From contig OZ251509.1 in the NCBI GenBank assembly GCA_965242855.1, positions 337,648-401,647 on the forward strand: 64,000 nt of DNA, in the 5' to 3' direction. Both the position numbers and the translations under genes were made by a program. This DNA comes from Alphaproteobacteria bacterium (lineage in GTDB: Bacteria; Pseudomonadota; Alphaproteobacteria; UBA828). Below, piece by piece: positions 29,167-38,345 of this stretch (position 1 is the stretch's first letter; the number at the start of each line of letters is the position of its first letter). Under the pieces are notes generated by a model. That model worked only from the letters and a program-made list of their open reading frames with translations. It was not told the DNA's origin and ran no database searches.

Positions 29167-30555
29167 ATGGAAATGGCAGCGAAGAATCTCTCCGACGCCC
29201 TCGCCGCGCTGGGCGCCCTTCTCGGCGAGCGGCTTTCGACGGCGCGCGCCGTGTGCGAACACCACGCGACCGGCGAGACCTACCACGCGCCGCGCCCGCC
29301 GGATGCGGTGGCCTTCCCCGAAAGCACCGGGGAGGTGAGCGAGATCGTCCGCATCTGCGCCGCGAACCGCGTGCCCATGGTTCCCTTCGGCGTCGGCACC
29401 TCCGTCGAGGGCAACGTCTGCGCGCTGGAAGGCGGCGTCACCCTCGACATGGGGCGGATGAACGCGGTGCTCCGAGTGAGCCAGGAGGATCTCGACGCCA
29501 CCGTCCAGGCCGGCGTGACGCGCAAGCAGCTCAACACCCACCTGCGCGACACCGGGCTGTTCTTCCCCATCGATCCGGGCGCCGACGCGACGCTGGGCGG
29601 CATGTCGGCCACCCGCGCCTCCGGCACCAACGCGGTGCGCTACGGCACGCTCAAGGAGAACGTGCTCGGCCTCACCGTCGTCCTGCCCGACGGCGCGGTC
29701 ATCACCACCGGCGGGCGGGCGCGGAAGTCGGCGGCCGGATACGACCTGACCCGCCTCTTCGTCGGCTCCGAAGGGACGCTCGGCGTGATGACCGAGATCA
29801 CGCTCAAGCTCTACGGCATCCCCGAAGCGATCTCGGCGGCGGTGTGCTCCTTCCCCTCGCTCGAGGCTGCGGTCGACACGGTGATCCTCACCATCCAGTC
29901 GGGCATCCCCATCGCCCGAGTGGAGCTGCTCGACGACATCCAGATGGACGCCTGCAACAAGTTCTCGAAGCTCGACTACCCGCCCAGAAACACGCTCTTC
30001 TTCGAGTTCCACGGCACCGAGCGGGGCGTCGTCGAACAGGTCGAGCAGATGCGCGGGATCGTCCGGGAGTTCGGCGGCTCGGATTTCCGCTGGGCGACCA
30101 GGCCGGAGGAACGGAGCGCCCTCTGGCAGGCGCGCCACGACGTCTACTACGCCTGCCTCGCCCTGCAACCCGGCAAGCAGGGCTGGGCGACGGACGTCTG
30201 CGTGCCGATCTCGCACCTGTCCGAATGCCTGATCGAGACCAGGAAAGACCTAGACGCCTCGCCGCTGCTCGCGCCCATCGTCGGCCATGTGGGGGATGGC
30301 AATTTCCACGTCTGCTTCCTCATCGACCCGGACGATCCCGCCGAGATGGCCGAGGCCGAGCGCCTCAACGGACGCATGATCGACCGCGCCCTCGCCATGG
30401 GCGGCACCTGCACCGGTGAGCACGGCATCGGCTGCGGCAAGCTGGACCACCTCGAGGCCGAGCACGGCGCCGGCGCCGTCGCCCTGATGCGCTCGATCAA
30501 ACGAACGCTCGACCCGCACAACCTGATGAATCCGGGAAAGGTGGTCGTCGTCTGA
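29167..30555 (+). CDS. FAD-linked oxidase (GlcD/D-lactate dehydrogenase family)
   Basis: FAD-binding PCMH-type N-terminal domain 'VPMVPFGVGTSVEGN'. C-terminal 'GTCTGEHGIGCGK'. Confidence 0.8.
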   Translation: MEMAAKNLSDALAALGALLGERLSTARAVCEHHATGETYHAPRPPDAVAFPESTGEVSEIVRICAANRVPMVPFGVGTSVEGNVCALEGGVTLDMGRMNAVLRVSQEDLDATVQAGVTRKQLNTHLRDTGLFFPIDPGADATLGGMSATRASGTNAVRYGTLKENVLGLTVVLPDGAVITTGGRARKSAAGYDLTRLFVGSEGTLGVMTEITLKLYGIPEAISAAVCSFPSLEAAVDTVILTIQSGIPIARVELLDDIQMDACNKFSKLDYPPRNTLFFEFHGTERGVVEQVEQMRGIVREFGGSDFRWATRPEERSALWQARHDVYYACLALQPGKQGWATDVCVPISHLSECLIETRKDLDASPLLAPIVGHVGDGNFHVCFLIDPDDPAEMAEAERLNGRMIDRALAMGGTCTGEHGIGCGKLDHLEAEHGAGAVALMRSIKRTLDPHNLMNPGKVVVV

Positions 30556-30609
30556 CGGCCGGGGCCGGGCGACGACTGGAAGCGGGCGCGAGCGAGGCAG
30601 AAGCGAACG

Positions 30610-31374
30610 ATGGATTTCACCGACCGGGCGGCGGTCGTGACCGGCGGGGCGAGCGGCATCGGCCGCGCGGTCGCGCGGGCGTTGGCGACACGCGGCGCGG
30701 CGGTCGCCGTCGCCGACCTGGACCGGAAGGGCGCCGAGGAGGTCGCCCGGGCGTTGACCGAGGACGGCGCCAGGGCCGTCTCCGTGGAGGTCGACGTGAG
30801 CCGGCCGGAGCAGGCCGAAGCCATGATCGGGCAGGCGGCGGCCGCGTTCGGCAGCGTCGACGTCCTGGTGCACAGCGCCGGGGTCGGCGTCGAGCGCCGC
30901 TTCCTCGACACCACGCCGGAGGAATGGCGCCGGATTCTCGACATCGACCTCTCCGGCACGTTCTTCTGCGGCCAGGCCGCGGCGCGGCACATGGCGGAGC
31001 GCGGCTACGGTCGGATCGTCAACCTCGCCTCGGTTGCCGGCCTGCGCGGCGGGACGGCGCGCGCCGCCTACGGCGCCGCCAAGGGCGGCGTCGTCGCCCT
31101 GACCAAGGTGATGGCGGTCGAACTCGCCCCGCACGGCGTCACCGTGAACGCCCTCGCGCCCGGCGGCATCGACACCGAGCTGGTCGCCCGCATGCATTCG
31201 CCCGAAACCCGACGGGTCTATTGCGCCGGCACCCCGCTCGATCGCTACGGCACGCCGGAGGAAACCGCGTCCGCCGCGCTGTTCCTCGCGAGCGAGGAGG
31301 CCCGCTACGTCACCGGCGAGGTGCTCGCCGTCGACGGCGGCTTCCTCGCGGCGGGCATCATTCTCCGCGGCTGA
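30610..31374 (+). CDS. SDR family oxidoreductase (FabG-like)
   Basis: 'AAVVTGGASGIGRAVA' and a YxxxK catalytic region 'YGAAKGGVVALTK'. Confidence 0.8.
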   Translation: MDFTDRAAVVTGGASGIGRAVARALATRGAAVAVADLDRKGAEEVARALTEDGARAVSVEVDVSRPEQAEAMIGQAAAAFGSVDVLVHSAGVGVERRFLDTTPEEWRRILDIDLSGTFFCGQAAARHMAERGYGRIVNLASVAGLRGGTARAAYGAAKGGVVALTKVMAVELAPHGVTVNALAPGGIDTELVARMHSPETRRVYCAGTPLDRYGTPEETASAALFLASEEARYVTGEVLAVDGGFLAAGIILRG

Positions 31375-32269
31375 GCGCCCGCCCCGGACGGGAGCGCCCG
31401 GCGCGCGGGCGGGCGGCGAGCAGACCCGGCAGGGCGTTGGCCGCGACCGAGACCAGGATCGCCCCGGCGCCGATGAGGACGAAGGTGCCGGGCACCTCGG
31501 CGAAACCGAGCCACACCCACAGCGGCGCGAAGACCGCGTCGATCAGCACGACGAAGATCAGCGTCGGCGCAGGCAGGTAGCGCGCCGCGTAGAAGTAGAG
31601 CGTGAGCGCCCCCGCCAGCTGCACGATGCCGAGGGCCGCCATCAGGCCGACCTCGCGCGCCGTCGCTTCGAACGGCAGGCCGAAGGGCAGGGAAACGACT
31701 CCCGCGAGCACGGCCGCGACCAGCACCGCCGGCTCCATGCGGGCCGCCCGGAAGCGCCGCACGATCAGTGTCTGAAAGGCGATCGCGACGGCGATCGAGA
31801 GCGCCAGAAGGTTGCCGACGACGCCCCCTTCCCCCATCGCGCTCCAGAACATGACGGCGACGCCGCCGAGGCTCCCCAGCAGCGCCAGCCACGTCCGCGC
31901 CGGCACGGGCTCGCCCAGCACCGGCCGCGCCAGAAGGGCCACGATGACGGTGGAGGTCGTCATGATCGCGATGACGTTGGCGACCAGGGTGTATTGCATG
32001 GCGAGCACATAGGCGATGATCGCCCATCCGGTGACCGCGCCGACCGCGAGCGACGGCCATCCCGCCCCGCGCAGGATCGCGAACGTCCGCCCCCGCTCGG
32101 CGATGAAGAGGACGGCGAGCACGGCGAGCGCCGCGAAGAAGCAACGGACTGCGATGATCTCCCAGGGATCGACCGACACCGAGCGGACAAAGAAACCGCC
32201 GGAGCTGAAGAAGAGCCCGGCCGCCGCCGCGAGGGCGGCCCCGAGGAGGGGGCGGGGGAGATGGGCCAT
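31358..32269 (-). CDS. EamA/DMT family transporter; start at internal M64 with GGGAG RBS
   Basis: Ten hydrophobic helices and duplicated EamA domains. Upstream ORF sequence to 32458 is artefact. Confidence 0.7.
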   Translation of the reverse strand: MAHLPRPLLGAALAAAAGLFFSSGGFFVRSVSVDPWEIIAVRCFFAALAVLAVLFIAERGRTFAILRGAGWPSLAVGAVTGWAIIAYVLAMQYTLVANVIAIMTTSTVIVALLARPVLGEPVPARTWLALLGSLGGVAVMFWSAMGEGGVVGNLLALSIAVAIAFQTLIVRRFRAARMEPAVLVAAVLAGVVSLPFGLPFEATAREVGLMAALGIVQLAGALTLYFYAARYLPAPTLIFVVLIDAVFAPLWVWLGFAEVPGTFVLIGAGAILVSVAANALPGLLAARPRAGRSRPGRALSRGE

Positions 32270-32423
32270 GACGAACTCCCGTGACGACGGCGCCATGTTA
32301 GCCCGTCTTTCCCGCACGCCCTTCCGGCGGGAGGGACTCCCCGAAGGGAGGGACTCCCCGGAGGGAGGGACACCGTCGAACGCCGCCCGGTGACACGGGC
32401 CGCCCGCTCTGGCATGGAGAGGC

Positions 32424-33668
32424 ATGGCAGACGATCCGCGCGCCCTCCTGCGCCGCATGTTCGACGCCGCGCTCGCCAGCGCTCAACCCGCGCGCTGCCT
32501 GCCCGCGCAGCTGCCGGCCCCGCCTGCCGGGCGCACCGTCGTCGTCGGCGCCGGCAAGGCGGCCGCGGCCATGGCGCGGGCTGTGGAAGACCATTGGGAC
32601 GGCCCGCTCGGGGGCTTGGTCGTGACGCGCTACGGCCACCGCGTGCCGACGCGGTCCGTCGCGGTCGTCGAAGCGGCGCACCCCGTCCCCGACGCCGCCG
32701 GGCGGCAGGCGGCGAGCGACATCCTGGCGGCGGTCTCCGGCCTCGGCGCCGACGATCTCGTCCTCTGCCTGATCTCCGGCGGCGCCTCGGCGCTCCTCGC
32801 CCTCCCCGCCCCGGGGCTCGCCCTCGCCGACAAGCAGGCGGTCACGGGCGCCCTGCTCCGCTCCGGCGCGGCCATCGGCGAGATCAACTGCGTGCGCAAG
32901 CATCTCTCCGCGATCAAGGGAGGGCGCCTCGCCGCGGCCTGCCATCCGGCCCCGGTCGCGACCCTCTCGATCTCGGACGTGCCGGGCGACGATCCCGCCG
33001 TCATCGGTTCCGGCCCGACCGTGCCCGACCCGACCACGTTCGCCGACGCCCGCGCCGTGCTTCGGAAGTACCGCATCGCCGGCCCCGCGGCGGTGCTCCG
33101 CCACCTCGAGCGCGGCGCCGAGGAAACGCCGAAGCCCGGCGACCCGCGGCTCGCCCGCGCGCGGACGCGGCTCGTCGCGGCGCCCGCGATGGCCCTCGCC
33201 GCGGCGGCGGACGTGGCGCGCAAGGCCGGCTACGCGCCCCGCATCCTGGGCGACGCGCTGGAGGGCGAGGCGCGGACCCTCGCCCGCGCCCATGCCGAAC
33301 GCGCCCGTGCGGCGGCGCCCGGCACGGCGCTGCTCTCCGGCGGGGAGGCGACGGTGACCGTGACCGGCGACGGCCGCGGCGGCCCCAACGCCGAATACGC
33401 CCTCGCCCTGGCCCTCGCCCTCGACGACGCGCCCGGCGTCTTCGCCATGGCCTGCGATACCGACGGGATCGACGGCACCGAGGACAACGCCGGCGCCCTG
33501 GTGACGCCGGACACCCTGGCGCGGGCGCGCGCCGCCGGCGAAGATGCGGCCGCCCGCCTCGCCGCCAACGACGCCTACGGCTTCTTCGCCGCGCTCGACG
33601 ATCTGGTGACGACCGGGCCCACCCTCACCAACGTGAACGACTTCCGCGCCATCGTCGCCGGCCGTTGA
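32424..33668 (+). CDS. glycerate kinase (MOFRL family; TtuD-like)
   Basis: 'VVGAGKAAAAMARAVE' and the C-terminal MOFRL domain 'LSGGEATVTVTGDGRGGPNAEYALA'. Confidence 0.8.
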   Translation: MADDPRALLRRMFDAALASAQPARCLPAQLPAPPAGRTVVVGAGKAAAAMARAVEDHWDGPLGGLVVTRYGHRVPTRSVAVVEAAHPVPDAAGRQAASDILAAVSGLGADDLVLCLISGGASALLALPAPGLALADKQAVTGALLRSGAAIGEINCVRKHLSAIKGGRLAAACHPAPVATLSISDVPGDDPAVIGSGPTVPDPTTFADARAVLRKYRIAGPAAVLRHLERGAEETPKPGDPRLARARTRLVAAPAMALAAAADVARKAGYAPRILGDALEGEARTLARAHAERARAAAPGTALLSGGEATVTVTGDGRGGPNAEYALALALALDDAPGVFAMACDTDGIDGTEDNAGALVTPDTLARARAAGEDAAARLAANDAYGFFAALDDLVTTGPTLTNVNDFRAIVAGR

Positions 33669-33724
33669 CCGGCGCCCCCGCCTTTCGGATAAGGGAGGGC
33701 GCGAAACCGGAGGAGGCTCGCGCC

Positions 33725-35185
33725 GTGCGCCGCCACCGTTGCGCCAAGATCGTCGCGACCCTGGGGCCGGCCAGCCCGGACGCGGCGGCCGTCCGCGCGT
33801 TGTTCGAGACCGGCGCCGACGTGTTCCGCCTCAATTTCAGCCACGGCAACCACGCCGACCACCGCGCGCGCCATGCCATGGTTCGCGCGATCGAGGCGAA
33901 GATCGGCCGGCCGATCGGGGTCCTGGCCGATCTCCAGGGGCCGAAGCTTAGGATCGGCGCATTCGCCGGCGGCCGGGCCGAACTCGCGCGCGGCCAGCGC
34001 TTCCGACTCGACCTCGACCGGGCGCCGGGCGATGCCGCGCGCGTCGGCGTCCCGCATCCCGAGATCTTCGGCGTGCTCGACCGCCACGCCGCGATCCTGC
34101 TGGACGACGGGAAGGTGCGGCTGCGCGTCGCGGGCGGCGGCCCCGGCCACGCCGATACCGAGGTGGTGACGCCGGGCGTCCTCTCGGATCACAAGGGCCT
34201 CAACCTGCCGGGCCTGACGCTGCCGATCGACGCGATCACCGACAAGGACCGGGAGGACCTCGCCTTCGCCCTCGATCTCGGCGTCGACTGGGTGGCCCTC
34301 TCCTTCGTCCAGGGGCCGGACGACGTGGCGGCCGCGCGCCGCGCCGTCGGGCGCCGGGCGGCGATCATGACCAAGCTGGAGAAACCGGAGGCGCTGGAGC
34401 GGCTGGAGGAGATCGTCGAACTCTCGGACGCGATCATGGTGGCGCGGGGCGACCTGGGCGTCGAACTGGCGCCGGAGGACGTGCCGGCCGAGCAGAAGCG
34501 GATCGTGCGCGCGGCGCGCCAGGCGGGCAAGCCGGTGGTGATCGCGACACAGATGCTGGAATCGATGATGACCGCGCCGGCGCCGACCCGCGCCGAGGCC
34601 TCCGACGTGGCGACGGCGGTCTATGACGGCGCCGACGCGCTCATGCTTTCCGGCGAATCGGCGGCCGGGAACTATCCGCGCGAAGCGGTCGCGATCATGA
34701 ACCGCATCATCGAGCACGTGGAGCGCGACCCGGCCTACCGGCGCTACGTCCACTGGCAGCAGCAGGACCCGGAGGCGACCCCGGCCGACGCGATCACCGC
34801 GGCGGCGCGGCAGGTCGCCGAGACCCTGGGCGCCGCCAGCATCGTGACCTACACCACTTCGGGCTCGACCGCGCTGCGGGCGGCGCGCGAGCGGCCGCTG
34901 GTGCCGCTCCTGGTGCTCACGCCGAGCCTCGCCACGGCGCGGCGGCTCGCCGCTCTCTGGGGCGTCCACTGCGTGCACACCGACGACGCCATCGGCTTCA
35001 CCGACATGGTGGAGAAGGCCTGCGCCCACGCGCGCGACGCCGGCTATGCCGCGAACGGCGACCGCATCGTGATCACCGCCGGCGTCCCCTTCGGCACCCC
35101 CGGCACGACCAACGTACTCAGGATCGCGCGGGTCGGCGCCGGCCCCGCCGAGCGCACGGCCGCGCCCGGGGAGGCGCGCCCGTGA
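33725..35185 (+). CDS. pyk: pyruvate kinase; GTG start with GGAGGAGG RBS
   Basis: 'KIVATLGPAS', 'FRLNFSHG' and 'MVARGDLGVE' are canonical PK motifs. The ORF 32390..35185 upstream of 33725 is read-through. Confidence 0.85.
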   Translation: MRRHRCAKIVATLGPASPDAAAVRALFETGADVFRLNFSHGNHADHRARHAMVRAIEAKIGRPIGVLADLQGPKLRIGAFAGGRAELARGQRFRLDLDRAPGDAARVGVPHPEIFGVLDRHAAILLDDGKVRLRVAGGGPGHADTEVVTPGVLSDHKGLNLPGLTLPIDAITDKDREDLAFALDLGVDWVALSFVQGPDDVAAARRAVGRRAAIMTKLEKPEALERLEEIVELSDAIMVARGDLGVELAPEDVPAEQKRIVRAARQAGKPVVIATQMLESMMTAPAPTRAEASDVATAVYDGADALMLSGESAAGNYPREAVAIMNRIIEHVERDPAYRRYVHWQQQDPEATPADAITAAARQVAETLGAASIVTYTTSGSTALRAARERPLVPLLVLTPSLATARRLAALWGVHCVHTDDAIGFTDMVEKACAHARDAGYAANGDRIVITAGVPFGTPGTTNVLRIARVGAGPAERTAAPGEARP

Positions 35186-35316
35186 GACGATGCCCTGCCG
35201 GATGCCGGGAGATTGGTCGCCAACGAAGATTATGGCAACGACTGCGTTGACATGATCGCCGCTACCGCTGTTCTTCAGTGATGAACCATGCGTCTGCAAA
35301 GACGAAGGAGAACACT

Positions 35317-35685
35317 ATGCTGATCAACATAGACTCTCGCAAGGAAATCACGAGAATTCCACACCCTGAAACATTCAAACTCATACAGGACAGATTGAGC
35401 CCAGGTGATTTCAACGGTGTCATGGGTGAAATCAACAAGCGAATCGACGAGGCCGGCGGAGAAATCGTTACCGCAGGGTTCCTGCCGAGCCCGGATTGGT
35501 CGAATACCCCTTTTCAATGCATCCACGATACCGCCGCCAGGAAGGATAAGGAGCTCTCGGCGAAAATGTTTGGCCTTATGGTCTGGTATACGGTCATGCA
35601 GCGCTCGGAGCGCTGGGGATGCGGTCGATACAATATAGGTGATCGGGAGATCGAGAGCCTTACGTATTTCCGATTGGGGGACTGA
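35317..35685 (+). CDS. hypothetical protein, low-GC single-gene insertion (122 aa)
   Basis: AAGGAG RBS 7 nt upstream of ATG. GC is ~48% in a ~70% background. No recognisable domain; 'RWGCGRYNIGD' near the C-terminus. Confidence 0.5.
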   Translation: MLINIDSRKEITRIPHPETFKLIQDRLSPGDFNGVMGEINKRIDEAGGEIVTAGFLPSPDWSNTPFQCIHDTAARKDKELSAKMFGLMVWYTVMQRSERWGCGRYNIGDREIESLTYFRLGD

Positions 35686-35815
35686 GAATTCGGCGCGGCG
35701 CATCACTCCCTTGGCTTTCCATGTGAGAAAGCAAGCCGCCAAGCGCTCGTACTCCCGTCACGGTATGACGGCGCAGGGCGAAAGGAAGCGCGCGCTCCGC
35801 TCGCGTGCGGGCCGG

Positions 35816-37123
35816 CTACGCGCCGAATGAGGCCTCCGGCAGGGCAGGTGGGCAGGGGCCGCCGGTCGCCCAGTCGAGAAGCTCGACCGTGTGCACCACC
35901 GGCAGCGCGGTGTGGGCCGCGATCTGCACCATGCAGCCGATGTTGCCGGCGGCCACGACGGCCGCGCCGGTGCTCTCGATCGCGGCCGCCTTGCGCGCGC
36001 CCAACTCGCCGGCCAGCGCCGGCTGGAGCAGGTTGTAGGTGCCGGCGGAGCCGCAGCAGAAATGCCCGTCCGGGACGGCGCGCACGGCGAAGCCTGCGGC
36101 TTCGAGGAGCGCCGCCGGCAGCGCGTCGATCTTCTGGCCGTGCTGGAGCGAACACGCCGAGTGGTAGGCGACCGTCGGCGCGGGCGCCGCCGCCGGGCCG
36201 CGGCCCGCGAAGCCGAGCCGCTCCAACACCTCGCTCACGTCGCGCGCCAAGCCGGCGACCCGCGCCGCGTCCGTGGCGAAAGCCGGATCGTCCGCGAGCA
36301 GGTGGCCGTAATCCTTGAGCATCGTGCCGCAGCCCGAGGCGTTGGCCACGATCGCGTCGAGGCCGCCGCCTTCGCTCTCGCGGGCGAACGCCGCCACGTT
36401 GCGCCGGGCGCGTTCGCGTGCTTCGCCCCCGAGATGGTGCGTGAGTGCGCCGCAGCAGCCGGCGCCGCGCGCGACGACGACCTCGCAGCCGTGGCGGACG
36501 AGCAGCCGGACCGTGGCTTCGTTGATCGACGGCGCCAGCACGCATTGTACGCAACCGGTGAGCAGCGCGACCCGCAGGCGGCGGGGGCCGGCGGCCGGGA
36601 TCACCTGCGGCCGCTCGACCCAGCTCGGGCCGTGGACGGCGGCGCGCGCGAGCCGCAACAGGGCGCGCGTGCGGCCGCCGAACAGCGGCGCGAACGGCGC
36701 TACCGGGCGCGCGGCCAGCAGCGCGAGCCGCACCAGGCCGGGACGCGGCAGGACACGCCCGAGCAGGGCGCGCAGCAGGCGTTCGCCGCGCGGCCGTTCG
36801 TAAGTCCGCGCGATGTGGGCGCGCGCGTGATCCACCAGATGCATGTAATCGACGCCCGCCGGGCAGGTCGTCATGCAGGAGAGGCAGGACAGGCAGCGGT
36901 CGATATGGCGGGTGACCGTCGCGTCGGCGGGGCCGCCTTCCTCGAGCAGGTCCTTGATCAGGTAGATGCGCCCGCGCGGGCTGTCCCTTTCATCGCCGAG
37001 CAGCGCGTAGGTCGGGCAGGTCGAAAGGCAGAGCCCGCAATGCACGCAGGTCCGCAGCACGTCGTTGGCCTGGGCGAGAGCAGGGCGCGCCGCGAGCAGG
37101 CTTTCCGAAAAGCGCGTCTGCAC
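35816..37123 (-). CDS. glcF: glycolate oxidase iron-sulfur subunit
   Basis: 'CVHCGLCLSTCPTY' and 'CLSCMTTCPAGV' ferredoxin motifs plus CCG domains. It lies downstream of glcD and glcE. Confidence 0.85.
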   Translation of the reverse strand: MQTRFSESLLAARPALAQANDVLRTCVHCGLCLSTCPTYALLGDERDSPRGRIYLIKDLLEEGGPADATVTRHIDRCLSCLSCMTTCPAGVDYMHLVDHARAHIARTYERPRGERLLRALLGRVLPRPGLVRLALLAARPVAPFAPLFGGRTRALLRLARAAVHGPSWVERPQVIPAAGPRRLRVALLTGCVQCVLAPSINEATVRLLVRHGCEVVVARGAGCCGALTHHLGGEARERARRNVAAFARESEGGGLDAIVANASGCGTMLKDYGHLLADDPAFATDAARVAGLARDVSEVLERLGFAGRGPAAAPAPTVAYHSACSLQHGQKIDALPAALLEAAGFAVRAVPDGHFCCGSAGTYNLLQPALAGELGARKAAAIESTGAAVVAAGNIGCMVQIAAHTALPVVHTVELLDWATGGPCPPALPEASFGA

Positions 37124-37127
37124 CGGT

Positions 37128-38345
37128 TCAGACGCCCGCGTACATGCGACCCGGATTGAGCACGCCGGCCGGATCGAACGCGCGCTTGATCCGCGCGGTC
37201 AGCGCCGCGAGGCCCGGCGGCTGGGGCTGGAACACCTCGCGGGCAGCCCGCGTCGGCGAGTCGGCGCGCACCAGGGTGGCGTGCCCGCCGGCCGCCGCAA
37301 CCGCCGCGCGCACCGCGGACTCGCCGGCATCCGGCGCGTCGTCGATGGCGAGCCAGACGAGGCCGCCGCCCCAGTCGAAGAGCGCGCGAAGGGCGGCGTC
37401 GTTCGCGACCCGCGCGGCCACGGCGGCGCCCGAGGCCGGCGGCACCGAAAGGCGCCAGAGCAGCGCGGCTTCGTCGGCGAAGGCCCGGACGTCGCGAATC
37501 TCGCGCCACAGCGCCGCCGAATTCCGGGAGTGCAGCTCCTCGACCGCGCCGAAGCGACCGAGCAGCGCGCGCAGCGCCTCGCAGCGCGCCCGGGCCGACG
37601 CGGGAAACCCCTCGACCCGGACGGCCGTGACCGCGCCGCCGGCGCCCGCGACGTAAGGGACGGCCGAGCGCGCGGCGGCGGCGGCCGGCATGTGCGCCGC
37701 CCCCGAGACCTCGTGCGGGCTCGCGAGGGCCGCGCCGAGTGCCTCGACGGCGGCCTCCGCCTCCAGGCCGTACAGCAGGACGGTGCGGGTGCGCTCCGGC
37801 GCCGGCAGGACCTTGAGCGTCACCTCGTGCATGACGGCGAGCGTGCCGTAGGAGCCGGCCAACAGCTTGCAGACGTCGTAGCCCGTCACGTTCTTGACCA
37901 CGCGGCCGCCGGCCTTGAAACGCGCGCCGCGGCCGCTCACCGCGTGCACGCCGAGGAAGTGGTCGCGCGCCGCGCCCGCCTTGATCCGGCGCGGCCCGGA
38001 GAGGTTGCAGGCGAGCGCACCGCCGATGGTGGCGCTCCCGCCGCCGCCCAGCAGCGGCCCGTAGTCCGCCGGCTCGAAGGCCAGCATCTGCCGCTCCGCG
38101 CCGGTCGCGGCCTCGATGGCGGCCAGCGGAGTCGCCGCCTGCGCGGTCAGGACCAGTTCCGACGGCTGGTAGTCGACGATGCCGTCGAACGCCGAAAGCG
38201 AGAGGGTGGCCGCGCCTTGCGCGGGCCGGCCGAGGCCGCGCTTGCTGCCGCCCGCGACCGCCTCCAGCGGCCGTTCGTGGGAGACCGCCCAGGCGACGGC
38301 GTCCGCCAGGCCGTCGGCATCCGCCGGGCGCAGGCGTTCCGCCAT
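37128..38345 (-). CDS. glcE: glycolate oxidase FAD-binding subunit
   Basis: ATG overlaps the glcD stop (cTGATGg). It has an FAD-binding PCMH domain. The long ORF 37128..39710 is read-through. Confidence 0.8.
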   Translation of the reverse strand: MAERLRPADADGLADAVAWAVSHERPLEAVAGGSKRGLGRPAQGAATLSLSAFDGIVDYQPSELVLTAQAATPLAAIEAATGAERQMLAFEPADYGPLLGGGGSATIGGALACNLSGPRRIKAGAARDHFLGVHAVSGRGARFKAGGRVVKNVTGYDVCKLLAGSYGTLAVMHEVTLKVLPAPERTRTVLLYGLEAEAAVEALGAALASPHEVSGAAHMPAAAAARSAVPYVAGAGGAVTAVRVEGFPASARARCEALRALLGRFGAVEELHSRNSAALWREIRDVRAFADEAALLWRLSVPPASGAAVAARVANDAALRALFDWGGGLVWLAIDDAPDAGESAVRAAVAAAGGHATLVRADSPTRAAREVFQPQPPGLAALTARIKRAFDPAGVLNPGRMYAGV

